Source: Nannocystis bainbridge
GTDB taxonomy: Bacteria; Myxococcota_A; Polyangia; Nannocystales; Nannocystaceae
Length of the DNA: 64,000 bases
NCBI RefSeq assembly: GCF_028368995.1
Contig: NZ_JAQNDL010000003.1
Span: forward strand, 2,016,001 to 2,080,000
Direction of reading: 5' to 3'
Shown here: piece after piece, positions 1-10,166 of the stretch
Layout: every line of letters starts with the position of its first letter
How positions within the stretch are numbered: position 1 is the stretch's first letter
Notes under the pieces: model-generated
Told to the model about the DNA's origin: nothing
Databases searched by the model: none
What the model saw: only the letters and a program-made list of their open reading frames with translations
Position numbers and translations under genes: made by a program

Positions 1-2
1 GC

Positions 3-1085
3 CGCGCCCGCGGCGGCGAGGACAACCTCCTCGTCGACGACCGCACGCGCGGCTTCCTCACCGGCACCGGCGTCTACCTGCACTCGCAGCTCGAGCTCGG
101 GCGCTACGCCCTCGTCGCCGGCGCCCGCTTCAACGTGTTCACCGGCGAGAGCAACGCCGCGCACGCCGTCGATCCGCGGCTCCTGCTGCGCTACGACCCG
201 CACGAGCGGGTCCGCATCCAGCTCGCCGCCGGCATGTATTCGCAGGCCAGCTATCGCCGCGACAACGCCAGCGCGGGCCTCTTCAGCCAGTGGGGCGCCC
301 CCGACATGCCGCTCGGCGGGCCCACCGTCTACTCCGGCGATATCATGGCAGTGTTCCCGGCCGCCATTCGCTCCCTCGATCCCCAGCTCGAGTTCGATCC
401 GCAGGGGCGGATCGCCGCCAGTCGAGCCGTCCAGTACAGCGCCAGCCTCCACGTCGATCTCACCGAGAGCATCAAGCTCGACACCACGGTGTTCCATCGC
501 AATTTCCGCGCCAACACCCCCGCGGAGCCCGACATCCCGGAGTTTCCCGACACCCGCACCACCACCACCGGCGTCGAGGTCATGCTGCGCCACGACCTCA
601 CCGCCCGGCTGTTCGGGTGGATCGCGTACACGTGGATGCACGCGACGACCACGGTCTCGTTCCCCGAGACGTACGCCTCGCTGAAGTTCCCCAGCGACTT
701 CGACCAACGCCACAACCTCGTCATGCTGGTCGGCTACAAGCTGCCGCGCCGCTGGTCGATCGCCGGCCGGTTCCGCCTCGTCTCCGGCCTGCCCTACACC
801 CCGTTCATCGGCGCGATCGAGGGCGACGGCACCCACGCCCTCGAGTACGCGCCGCTGTTCGGCACCACCAACGGCGCCCGCATGCCGGTGTTCCACCAGC
901 TCGACCTCCGCATCGATCGCACGTGGATCTTGCAACGCTGCGTGGTCGGGGCCTACCTCGACGTGATGAACGTGTACAACCACCAGAACGCCGAGGGCAT
1001 CATCTATTCGCCAGACTTCTCGCGCACCAAGACGGCCGTCGGCCTGCCGATCCTGCCGGTCCTCGGCGTGCAGGTCAGCTACTGA
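3..1085 (+). CDS. TonB-dependent receptor, C-terminal part (5' truncated by window)
   Basis: Frame open from window start. Barrel-like motifs (LFGWIAYT, FDQRHNL, FHQLDLRIDR, YLDVMNVYN) and terminal aromatic residue (GVQVSY). Confidence 0.8.
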   Translation, partial: RARGGEDNLLVDDRTRGFLTGTGVYLHSQLELGRYALVAGARFNVFTGESNAAHAVDPRLLLRYDPHERVRIQLAAGMYSQASYRRDNASAGLFSQWGAPDMPLGGPTVYSGDIMAVFPAAIRSLDPQLEFDPQGRIAASRAVQYSASLHVDLTESIKLDTTVFHRNFRANTPAEPDIPEFPDTRTTTTGVEVMLRHDLTARLFGWIAYTWMHATTTVSFPETYASLKFPSDFDQRHNLVMLVGYKLPRRWSIAGRFRLVSGLPYTPFIGAIEGDGTHALEYAPLFGTTNGARMPVFHQLDLRIDRTWILQRCVVGAYLDVMNVYNHQNAEGIIYSPDFSRTKTAVGLPILPVLGVQVSY

Positions 1086-1167
1086 GCCCTCAGGCCCGGC
1101 GACATCGCCACGTAGACCAGGCCCACGACCGAGCTCGCAATACGAGCGATGTCCGGGTCCGTCGACA

Positions 1168-1230
1168 ACATGTCCTTTCGACCAGATCGCATCGGCCCCC
1201 GGTCGAGCGATCGACCTGTCCCAAAGTACA
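1168..1230. repeat. Degenerate TGTC-N6-GACA modules
   Basis: ACA-TGTCCTTTCGACCA (1168-1184) and TGTCCCAAAGTACA (1217-1230) downstream of the receptor stop. Confidence 0.5.
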
Positions 1231-1402
1231 TCCCCCGGCGGCGCCCTCGACCCGGGTAAGGAGCAGCACGAGACCCCGCCACTCGCACCTTCGCCGACCC
1301 CGACGTCGAACCCGGCCCGTTCGCCGCGGCAGGCGGCGGCGCGCGGCCTCGCGCCGGCGAATCCTCTCGCGGGACCGCGTCAGGCGCCGGGGGCTCGCCG
1401 CG

Positions 1403-1438
1403 TATACTCGGCCCGACCTGTCCCCGCAGACAGGAGGA
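1403..1438 (+). promoter_or_regulatory. Putative -10 (TATACT), then perfect TGTC-N6-GACA abutting the RBS
   Basis: TATACT 1403-1408; TGTCCCCGCAGACA 1419-1432; GGAGG 1433-1437; ATG 1444. Confidence 0.45.
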
Positions 1439-1443
1439 GCCTC

Positions 1444-2676
<1,233 letters not shown>

Positions 2677-2690
2677 GCCCGCGCTGCCGA

Positions 2691-2740
2691 CATTCCCCGA
2701 GGGACATGCTCCATCGAGCATGTCCCTTCGATCATGTCCT
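2691..2740. repeat. Phased 14-bp module array (3-4 units)
   Basis: CAT(T/G) junctions at 2691, 2705, 2719, 2733; also folds as GAGGGACATGCTC/GAGCATGTCCCTT. Confidence 0.75.
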
Positions 2741-2881
2741 GAATCCTGGGTCTCCGGCCCAGGAGGCGGTCGGACGACGCCGGCCCGCCGCAACGGCCGC
2801 GCTCGATGGTTCGCGGCCGCCTCGCCGTGAGCGACCGCCGCGCCGTTGCTCCGCCGCGCGGCCCGGCCCAGAGATCCGCGC

Positions 2882-4075
2882 ATGATGGGCGGTCTGAATC
2901 TCGGAAATATCAAGGGTGTGCGGATCTCCGCCGATTGGAGCCTGTTCGTCGCCCTGTGGCTGGTCGCGGTCAGCCTCGCGCTCGGCTCGTTCCCCACCTG
3001 GCACCCCGAGTGGGGCGGCGGCCTGCGCTGGGGCGTCGCCTGCCTCGCCGCCGTGCTGCTGTTCGCCTCGGTGCTGGTCCACGAGCTGTCGCACGCCCTC
3101 GTCGCGCGCAGCTACGGCCTCGAGGTGCGCAGCATCAACCTGTTCGTGTTCGGCGGCGTCGCCAACATCGAGCGCGAGCCGGAGACCCCGCGCGCCGAGC
3201 TGATGATCGCGATCGTCGGCCCGCTCACCAGCATCGGCCTCGGCCTGCTGTTCATGCTGCTCGGCGGCTGGCTCGCCCGCCTCGGCGGCGACCCCGAGCG
3301 ACTGCTGCGCGACCTCGGTCCGGGCGCGACGCTGCTGTTCTGGCTCGGGCCGCTCAACCTGTTCCTCGGCCTCTTCAACCTGCTGCCGGGCTTCCCGCTC
3401 GACGGCGGGCGGATCTTGCGGGCCCTGCTGTGGCGCGCGACGGGCGACCTGCAAGCGGCCACGCGCTGGGCCTCGCTGGCGGGCCAGACGATCGGCTTCG
3501 CGCTGGTGTTCGCCGGGCTGGCGATGATCTTCGGCGCCCGCCTGCCATGGCTCGGCACCGGCGTGGTCTCCGGCCTGTGGATCAGCGTGATCGGGTGGTT
3601 CCTCGCCAGCGCGGCGGCGATGAGCTACCGCCAGCTGGTGATCCTCCACCTCGTCGAGGGCGTGCCGGTGCGACGATTGATGCGCCGCGAGGTCGCCGCC
3701 GTGCCGCCGAACCTGCCGGTCGCCCGCCTGGTCGACGATTACCTGATGCGCAGCGATCAACGGGCCTTCCCGGTGCTCGCCGGCGAGCGGCTGGCCGGCA
3801 TCGTCTGCCTCGACGACGTGCGCGTGGTCGACCGCGACGTGTGGAGCGACGTCGACGTCGGCACCATCATGACCCCGGCCGCCGCGCTCGAGACCGTGCG
3901 CTCGGGTGACGAGCTGACCGTGGCCATGCGGGCCTTCAGCCGCAAGGACGTCGAGCAATTGCCGGTCGTCGACGACGAGCGGCTGGTCGGCGTGCTGCGC
4001 CGGCGCGACATCCTCAAGTGGCTCGAGCTGCAGGCCCCCCGCAGCGAGCGGCCGGTCCACCCGCGACCGGCCTGA
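2882..4075 (+). CDS. Site-2 (M50) zinc metalloprotease with tandem CBS domains
   Basis: HELSH (HExxH), FNLLPGFPLDGG, multiple TMs, C-terminal CBS pair. Confidence 0.93.
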   Translation: MMGGLNLGNIKGVRISADWSLFVALWLVAVSLALGSFPTWHPEWGGGLRWGVACLAAVLLFASVLVHELSHALVARSYGLEVRSINLFVFGGVANIEREPETPRAELMIAIVGPLTSIGLGLLFMLLGGWLARLGGDPERLLRDLGPGATLLFWLGPLNLFLGLFNLLPGFPLDGGRILRALLWRATGDLQAATRWASLAGQTIGFALVFAGLAMIFGARLPWLGTGVVSGLWISVIGWFLASAAAMSYRQLVILHLVEGVPVRRLMRREVAAVPPNLPVARLVDDYLMRSDQRAFPVLAGERLAGIVCLDDVRVVDRDVWSDVDVGTIMTPAAALETVRSGDELTVAMRAFSRKDVEQLPVVDDERLVGVLRRRDILKWLELQAPRSERPVHPRPA

Positions 4076-4221
4076 TCGGCCCGCGGGCGCGCGAGCCGGC
4101 GACAGGTGGCCGGCGCGCACTCGCCACGGCGCCGCTCGCTACATTCATGATTGCCCCGCACGCTGGCCCGCCGCGGCGCGTCGGCGGTGGCACGAATCGC
4201 AAATCGTCCAACGCTGCGGCC

Positions 4222-4878
4222 ATGTCATTCACCAAGATCTCTCTCCCGCTGACCGTCGCGCTCGCCCTGGCGCTCCCGGGCGTCGCCGCCGCCGAAACCT
4301 CGCCCACCCCGCCGCCGCCGGGCACGGTCCCCGGCGCTCCCACCAATCCGAACCCGACGACGCCGCCGACCCACAACACCGAGGCCAACCCCACCAATGT
4401 GAACACCGACGATCTCTCCGACGCGGAGATCCTCATGGTGATCGAGACGATCAGCGACCGCACCGCCGAGCACAATCGCCGGGCCCAGAAGTCGGTCAAG
4501 CACAAGCGCGCCAAGAAATACGCCGACAACCGGGTCAAGCACGCCAAGGCGGCCAAGAAGCGGCAGACCGCCATGCGCAACCGCCACAAGCTCAAGCCGC
4601 AGCCCAGCGAGTTCGTCACCGCCTACGGGATCGCCATCGACGGGTCCTACAAGGACCTCGACACCGCCGCGAAGGGCCCCGAGTTCGACACCACCTACAT
4701 CGACGACGAGATCCAGGTGCTCACCGACGTGCTCGACGCGGTCGACCGCAAGTTCATGCCCAGCGTCGACCTGCCCGAGCTGCGCGACGAGCTCAACACG
4801 GTCCGCGCCCAGGTCGCCGCCGACCTCGTGGAGGCCGAGGCGATCCGCGGCGCCCTGCGCGCCCAGCCGGCCGCCTGA
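4222..4878 (+). CDS. Secreted DUF4142-like (ferritin-like four-helix) protein
   Basis: Signal peptide, Pro/Thr linker, LSDAEIL...KGPEFDTTYIDDEI pattern. Confidence 0.65.
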   Translation: MSFTKISLPLTVALALALPGVAAAETSPTPPPPGTVPGAPTNPNPTTPPTHNTEANPTNVNTDDLSDAEILMVIETISDRTAEHNRRAQKSVKHKRAKKYADNRVKHAKAAKKRQTAMRNRHKLKPQPSEFVTAYGIAIDGSYKDLDTAAKGPEFDTTYIDDEIQVLTDVLDAVDRKFMPSVDLPELRDELNTVRAQVAADLVEAEAIRGALRAQPAA

Positions 4879-4899
4879 CGCTCGCCGCGCACGCCAGCG

Positions 4900-5427
4900 T
4901 CACCCGGGCACGCGGACCACGACGGCCTCGCTCGCTGCGGCGCAATACGGGCCGCACTCGGTGCCGTTGGGCCAATTGCCGACGTACGTGGGTCGATGGG
5001 TCCCCTGCGCCTGCACCGTGCCGTCGCGGGTCACGGTGATCGTGAGCTCGTCGGGGCCGGTGACGGCTCCTCCGTCCTCGCGGATTTCGGTGAGCGCGAG
5101 GGCGAGGCCGTCGCCTTCATGGGTGGCGTCGACGTCCCAGCGCACCGGCTCCCCCTCGAGCTCGCCCATCGCCGTGAGCGAATCGCGGTCACAGGCAGCG
5201 TCGGGCGGCTCGGCGGTCGCCAGCGTGCACTCCCACTCGAGGACCACGGCCGCCGATTGCAGGCGGAAGTGATAATCGCCGGGCCGAAGCGAGCCCCCCG
5301 CCGTCCCCTCGTCGACGACGCGGATCCACGGCTCCACGGCGCAGCCCGACTGCGTGCACACCTCCGGCTCGCTGCAGGCCGCCACGACCAGGACAGCCAG
5401 CGCCCGGTACCTCCAGGACGGTCCCAT
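4900..5427 (-). CDS. Hypothetical lipoprotein
   Basis: Lipobox VAAC after a hydrophobic stretch; Cys-containing ends (CTQSGC, PNGTECGPYC); start overlaps the upstream stop. Confidence 0.65.
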   Translation of the reverse strand: MGPSWRYRALAVLVVAACSEPEVCTQSGCAVEPWIRVVDEGTAGGSLRPGDYHFRLQSAAVVLEWECTLATAEPPDAACDRDSLTAMGELEGEPVRWDVDATHEGDGLALALTEIREDGGAVTGPDELTITVTRDGTVQAQGTHRPTYVGNWPNGTECGPYCAAASEAVVVRVPG

Positions 5428-5918
5428 CAATCGTCCCATACGACCAGGACCTTGCGCTGCTGCCACCATTGCTCGAGCGTGCGCCCCGGGTCGGCGACGC
5501 AGGCGATCGTGAGCGGGCTGAGTCGCACGCTGATCGGGTGCGACGCCTTGCCGTCATACGTGCCGATGTCGACCACCGCGGCGCCGGCCAGCTGCAGCTC
5601 GTGGCGCCGCAGATACTCGCGGATCGCCGGCACCTGCAGGTCGACGCCCGTGGTCGCCTCCGCGTGCGGGTTGCGCAGGGTCTTGGCCAGCGCGATCAGC
5701 TCCGAGAGATCGGCCGGATGGGCGGCGAAGTTCGCCGCGTAACTTTGATAATAGACCGACTCCAGCGCGTCCTCCTGGCGCACGAATTCGCCGTCGACCT
5801 CGTAGCCGATCGCCCACCGGTCCTCGCCGTATTTGCGGTCCCACTCGCGCTGCCGCGCCGTGCGCTGCTTTTCGCCGCCCGCCTTGCCGAGCCGGCGCTC
5901 GGCCACTCGCCAGCCCAT
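5427..5918 (-). CDS. Hypothetical protein (163 aa)
   Basis: Globular, aromatic-rich composition; tightly packed between the antiporter and lipoprotein genes. Confidence 0.75.
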   Translation of the reverse strand: MGWRVAERRLGKAGGEKQRTARQREWDRKYGEDRWAIGYEVDGEFVRQEDALESVYYQSYAANFAAHPADLSELIALAKTLRNPHAEATTGVDLQVPAIREYLRRHELQLAGAAVVDIGTYDGKASHPISVRLSPLTIACVADPGRTLEQWWQQRKVLVVWDD

Positions 5919-5919
5919 C

Positions 5920-8277
5920 TCAGCCGTCCTTCGTCCCGCCCTCGCCCTTGTCGTCGAGGAGGTGCGTCAGGGCGTGTCCGGAGGGCAAGATCGCCTCGCT
6001 CACCAGATCCAGCAGCGGCGGATCGTCGCTCGGCCTGGGCGCCGGGACCTCGGGCTTCACGACCTCGGGCGCGTCGGGCACGAACGTCACCGCGACCTCG
6101 AGCCCCGGCGACGCCTGTGGCTCCTCGAGCCGCGAAGGCTCCGTCGGCGTCGATTCAGTCACCTGAATCACCGGCGCCTCATCGCTCGCTCGCGAAGCCT
6201 CCGCCGCCCGCACGCCGGGCGACGATTCGCCCATCCGCGTCGGCAGCACCCCGGGCGCCTCCACCTTCGGTTCGAACGCCCGCGTCGGCAGCTCGCCCGG
6301 CGCCTCGACCTTCGGCGTCACCAGCGGCGCCACGTTCGACTCGTGCGTCACCGTCGTCCCGGCCGGCGCGCTGATGAACACGTGCCGCACCAGCTCCGGC
6401 GCCCCTGGCCCCGACCCGCGCAGCACCGTCCGCTCCGCGCTGCGCGGCGCTCCCGGCGGCGCGAACCTCGGCACCTCCGCCACCCGCCCCGAGCCCGACT
6501 CGCCCGGCAGCAGCGTGCGCGGGGCCAACAGCAGGTCTCCCGGCGTCCGCCCGCCCGACGGCATGTCGACCGCGAACAGCCCACGACGCCCGCTGCCCGA
6601 CTCGCCCGGCAGCAGCGTCGTCCCGCCTAGCACCGGCCCGTCCGGCACCACCGTCATGCCGGTCACCACCGGCCCCTCGGGCACCACCGTCATGCCGGTC
6701 ACCACCGGCCCCTCCGGCACCACCGGCTCCTCCGGCGGCAGCGTCTTGCCGTCCGGCCCCGTCCATGCATCGACCCGCTCGCCCGGCGACGACGGCGGCA
6801 CTGCCACCATTCGCTCGCCTTCGCCCGCCGGCAACCTCGTGACCTCCACCGGCGCCTCACTCGCTACGTCCGCCGCGCCGAGCACGGCGCCCGCGAGCAC
6901 GACCCCGCTCCCCGGCTTCACGCCGAGCACCTCGTCGACCGTCGGCGCCCGCGCCACCATCCGAGCCGGCCCCGCAGACATGTCCTTGCCGCCATGTCCC
7001 GAAGCACCGGTCCCGACGGACATGTCCTTCTCACCATGCCCCGAAGCACCCTTCCCTTCGGACATGTCCTCCGAGACATGCGCGTGCCCCAGCGGCGACA
7101 CCGCCACCCCGAACGCCACGCAGGTCGTCGCCACCGCCGCGAACACCAGCGTCACCAGCGACTCCGTGCCCGGCACCGCCGCCGCGTGGGGCAGCGCCGC
7201 CAGCCCGGCGACCAGCATCCCGCGCGGCCAGCCCAGCGCCAGGGCCGAGAACGTGCGCTCGTCGACCCCGCGCAGCACCAGCCGCGCCGCCAGCAGGCGC
7301 AGCACCACCAGCAGCAGCCCGAGCACGATCCCCATCGCCAGCAGCCCCCACGGCGGCCCCAGGTTCATGCCGAGGTACGTAAACAGCAGCACCCGCGTGA
7401 TCTCGACCGTGCGCGCGTGGTCGTCGAGCGCCGAGCGGAAATCTTCGTCGGCCGCCTCGACGATCGTTCCGCGCGGCCGGAACAGCGCCCCCACCAGCGG
7501 CCCCGCGTTGCTGACGACCGCGCCGAACACCAGCACCGCCAGCGCCCCGATCCCGCCGAGCGTGTCGGTCACCACGTACAGCGCCAGGATCGCCGCCAGC
7601 GTGTACGGATAGACCCCGCGGCCCGGGCCGACGCGGCGGATCGCCGTGATCCACAGCAGCCCGGCGAACGCCCCGAACGCCAGGCCCAGGCCGAAGCCGG
7701 CGGCGATCGCCGCGTACGCCTTGCCCACCGGCACGCGCAGGCTCAGCAGGTCGATGCAGAACGCCGTCGCCGCGATCGCCAGCGCCCCGGTCAGCGCCGC
7801 CTCGCGCTCGAGCGCCGCCACCAGGCCCGGGTGCGCCCGCCGGTACAGCGTCGGCGCGAACACCTCGGGCGCGGTGCACAGCATCAGCGCCCCGAGCATG
7901 AACGCGTGCGTCCAGCTCCACACCGGCAGCAGGTGCAGCCCCGACAGCGCCTGGCTGAACAGCGCCACCAGCGGCACCACCAGCGCCGCCCCGGCCAGCG
8001 CCAGCTTGCGCGCGCGCACGACCTGCTCGCTGGCTGCCCCGAAGACCATGTCGCGGCCGGCCTCGAACAGCACGATGATCACCGCGATCGCGGCGAAGAA
8101 CGGCGCCAGCGCGGCGATCGTCGCCGGCGGCACCAGCCCCGTGGCGCGCAGCACCACCCCGAGCACGATCAGCCACGCCGCCTCGGGCACGTTGGTGCGC
8201 AGCGCCAGCGGGCGCACCGCCGCCGCGGCGGCCAACAGACAGGCGATGGCGACGAGAAAGACGGTGACGGGCGCCAT
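5920..8277 (-). CDS. CPA1/NhaP-like cation:proton antiporter with long low-complexity C-terminal tail
   Basis: About 12 TMs; IIVLFEAG and WPRGMLVAGLA motifs; Pro/Glu/Gly-rich tail after about residue 395. Confidence 0.75.
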   Translation of the reverse strand: MAPVTVFLVAIACLLAAAAAVRPLALRTNVPEAAWLIVLGVVLRATGLVPPATIAALAPFFAAIAVIIVLFEAGRDMVFGAASEQVVRARKLALAGAALVVPLVALFSQALSGLHLLPVWSWTHAFMLGALMLCTAPEVFAPTLYRRAHPGLVAALEREAALTGALAIAATAFCIDLLSLRVPVGKAYAAIAAGFGLGLAFGAFAGLLWITAIRRVGPGRGVYPYTLAAILALYVVTDTLGGIGALAVLVFGAVVSNAGPLVGALFRPRGTIVEAADEDFRSALDDHARTVEITRVLLFTYLGMNLGPPWGLLAMGIVLGLLLVVLRLLAARLVLRGVDERTFSALALGWPRGMLVAGLAALPHAAAVPGTESLVTLVFAAVATTCVAFGVAVSPLGHAHVSEDMSEGKGASGHGEKDMSVGTGASGHGGKDMSAGPARMVARAPTVDEVLGVKPGSGVVLAGAVLGAADVASEAPVEVTRLPAGEGERMVAVPPSSPGERVDAWTGPDGKTLPPEEPVVPEGPVVTGMTVVPEGPVVTGMTVVPDGPVLGGTTLLPGESGSGRRGLFAVDMPSGGRTPGDLLLAPRTLLPGESGSGRVAEVPRFAPPGAPRSAERTVLRGSGPGAPELVRHVFISAPAGTTVTHESNVAPLVTPKVEAPGELPTRAFEPKVEAPGVLPTRMGESSPGVRAAEASRASDEAPVIQVTESTPTEPSRLEEPQASPGLEVAVTFVPDAPEVVKPEVPAPRPSDDPPLLDLVSEAILPSGHALTHLLDDKGEGGTKDG
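6640..6726. repeat. 36-bp coding tandem repeat (PEGPVVTGMTVV)
   Basis: GGCACCACCGTCATGCCGGTCACCACCGGCCCCTC repeated. Confidence 0.8.
6977..7080. repeat. In-frame phased 14-bp module array inside antiporter gene
   Basis: CATG at 6979, 6993, 7021, 7035, 7063, 7077 (all multiples of 14 apart); 42-bp super-unit; perfect TGTCCTCCGAGACA 7065-7078. Confidence 0.85.
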
Positions 8278-8400
8278 GGGGGACCGTCAGTGTGCCACAG
8301 CGCCCGCGCCTCGCGGCCGGCAGTCACCGCCGCCCACCGGGCCCGAGCGAGCGCCTGGCCGCCGCTCGCGCCACGAGCGAGCCGCGACGCCCCGCGCTGG

Positions 8401-8958
8401 TTATCGACGCGCGGCCAGCCGGCGCGCGAAGTAGAGCCCCGCGTAGACCTTGAGGTCGATGTGGTGGCCCTGGGCGACGCGGTCGTCGAGCCAGGCCTCG
8501 ACCTCGGCGAGCGGCACCTCGAACACGGTGATCTGCTCGTTGCCGTCGCCGCCCCCGGGGCCGACCTTGCGCAGGCCGGAGGCGAGGAAGATGGTGATGC
8601 ACTCGCTCGTCAGCCCGGGCGAGCTCGGGCCGTGGGCGACTTGCTCGATCTGGCTCGCCTCGTAACCTGTCTCTTCGACCAGCTCACGATTCGCCGCCGT
8701 CGCGGTCTCCTCCGCCTCGTCGCCGGGCGTATCGCCGACCAGCCCGGCCGGCAGCTCGACCGCGATCCCGCCGAGCGCCGGCCGCGGCTGCTCGATGAGC
8801 ACCAGCCGCCCGTCGTCGGTCACCGCCACGATCGCCGCGGCCCCGCGGGCCCCGCGGCGCTCCACGTACTCCCACTTGCCGCGGCGCACCAGGCGCAAGA
8901 AGCGCCCGTCGCCAATCGTCTCGGTCGCCGGATGGGTCGCTTCCTGCAGGCTCGACAT
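8401..8958 (-). CDS. NUDIX hydrolase (ADP-ribose pyrophosphatase-like)
   Basis: ELPAGLVG...TAANRELVEETG Nudix box; SSPGLTSE. Confidence 0.9.
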   Translation of the reverse strand: MSSLQEATHPATETIGDGRFLRLVRRGKWEYVERRGARGAAAIVAVTDDGRLVLIEQPRPALGGIAVELPAGLVGDTPGDEAEETATAANRELVEETGYEASQIEQVAHGPSSPGLTSECITIFLASGLRKVGPGGGDGNEQITVFEVPLAEVEAWLDDRVAQGHHIDLKVYAGLYFARRLAARR

Positions 8959-9052
8959 CCCCCCGACTATCGCAGCCGCGCCGCCCTTTGGCCAGGGCTG
9001 CCGGTCACGCCCGACCCCGACCTTCACCCGGTGCGCGGGTCCGGGTAGCCTC

Positions 9053-10126
9053 ATGCGAGTGACGGCCGCCCGCCTGCTCAGCCTCGACGCCCTGCGCGGC
9101 CTCGCCGTCGTGTTGATGATGGAGCAGCACATGGCCGTGTGGCTGTGGCGCTCCGACCCTGGCCTCTCGCCGATCGCGCAGGCGCCGGTGCTGATGGCCT
9201 TGAACGGCCTCGGGGGCCTCGCCGCGCCGACCTTCATCACCCTCGCCGGCGCCGGCACCAGCTTCCTCGCGCGCAGCCGCACCACCGGCCTCGACGCGAT
9301 CCTGGTCCGCCGCGGCCTCATCGTCATGGCCTTCGGCTGGCTGCTCAACCTGCTCACCCCGAGCTGGTTCTCCGCCGGCTCGTGGTTCGTCCTCCACCTC
9401 ATGGGCGTGGGCATGGTCACCGCCCCGCTGTGGCGGCGCCTGTCCGATCGGGCATTGCTCTTCGGACAGGCGATGTTCCTGCTCGCCGCGCCGTTCGTGC
9501 AGCACTGGCTCGTCACGCCCGAGCTGCTCGTCAACGATCGCATGCGCCGCCTCGACCTCGCCGGCGGCCCGCTGCGCCTCGCCCTCGCCGAGGGCCAGTT
9601 CCCGATCGTCCCGTGGCTCGGCCTGTTCCTCGGCGGCATCGTCGTCGGTCGCTGGCTGCAGCAGCGCCGCACCGCGCCGATCCTGCGCATGGCGAGCGTG
9701 CTGCTCGTCACCGGTGTCGCCCTCGCCGCCGTCGGCCTGCGGCTCGGACCCCACGAGGGCGTGTGGCACCGCCTGTTCCAGATCCGCCTGAGCTTCTACC
9801 CGGCCACGCCAGCGATCGTCATGTTGCTCCAGTCGGGCACGCTGCTCCTCTTGCTCGCCGCCCTCGCGCTCGAGCGACGCGGCAAACTCGACGAGCGCGG
9901 CTGGCTCGTCCCGCTCGGCCGCGCCTCGCTCACGCTGCTGCTGGTCCACGTCGTCGTCTTTCGCGAGCTGACACGACCGCTCGGCGCGTGGCAGGCCTTC
10001 AGCTCAGAGGTCGCGCTCACCATCGTCGCGATCTGGGTGATCTTGTGCGCGCTCGCTGCGCGCCTGTGGCAGCGCGTTGGCTATCGCTACGGCGCCGAGT
10101 GGCTGCTCCGGATCTTCGGCGGTTAA
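9053..10126 (+). CDS. DUF1624 / HGSNAT-like membrane acyltransferase
   Basis: RLLSLDALRGLAVVLMMEQH, FPIVPW, LGRASL; multi-TM. Confidence 0.85.
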   Translation: MRVTAARLLSLDALRGLAVVLMMEQHMAVWLWRSDPGLSPIAQAPVLMALNGLGGLAAPTFITLAGAGTSFLARSRTTGLDAILVRRGLIVMAFGWLLNLLTPSWFSAGSWFVLHLMGVGMVTAPLWRRLSDRALLFGQAMFLLAAPFVQHWLVTPELLVNDRMRRLDLAGGPLRLALAEGQFPIVPWLGLFLGGIVVGRWLQQRRTAPILRMASVLLVTGVALAAVGLRLGPHEGVWHRLFQIRLSFYPATPAIVMLLQSGTLLLLLAALALERRGKLDERGWLVPLGRASLTLLLVHVVVFRELTRPLGAWQAFSSEVALTIVAIWVILCALAARLWQRVGYRYGAEWLLRIFGG

Positions 10127-10166
10127 AACGCTGACGACGTTGCCGGCGCATGCTCTGGTCGCGCCT

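Noticed and set aside
1245-1272. SRP RNA-like GGTAAGGAGCAGC
   Set aside because: Lacks the CAGG-UCC-GGAA-GGA-AGCA helix 8 arrangement.
4188-4203. Sigma54 promoter TGGCACG before the DUF4142-like gene
   Set aside because: The GC falls two bases short of the required -24/-12 spacing.
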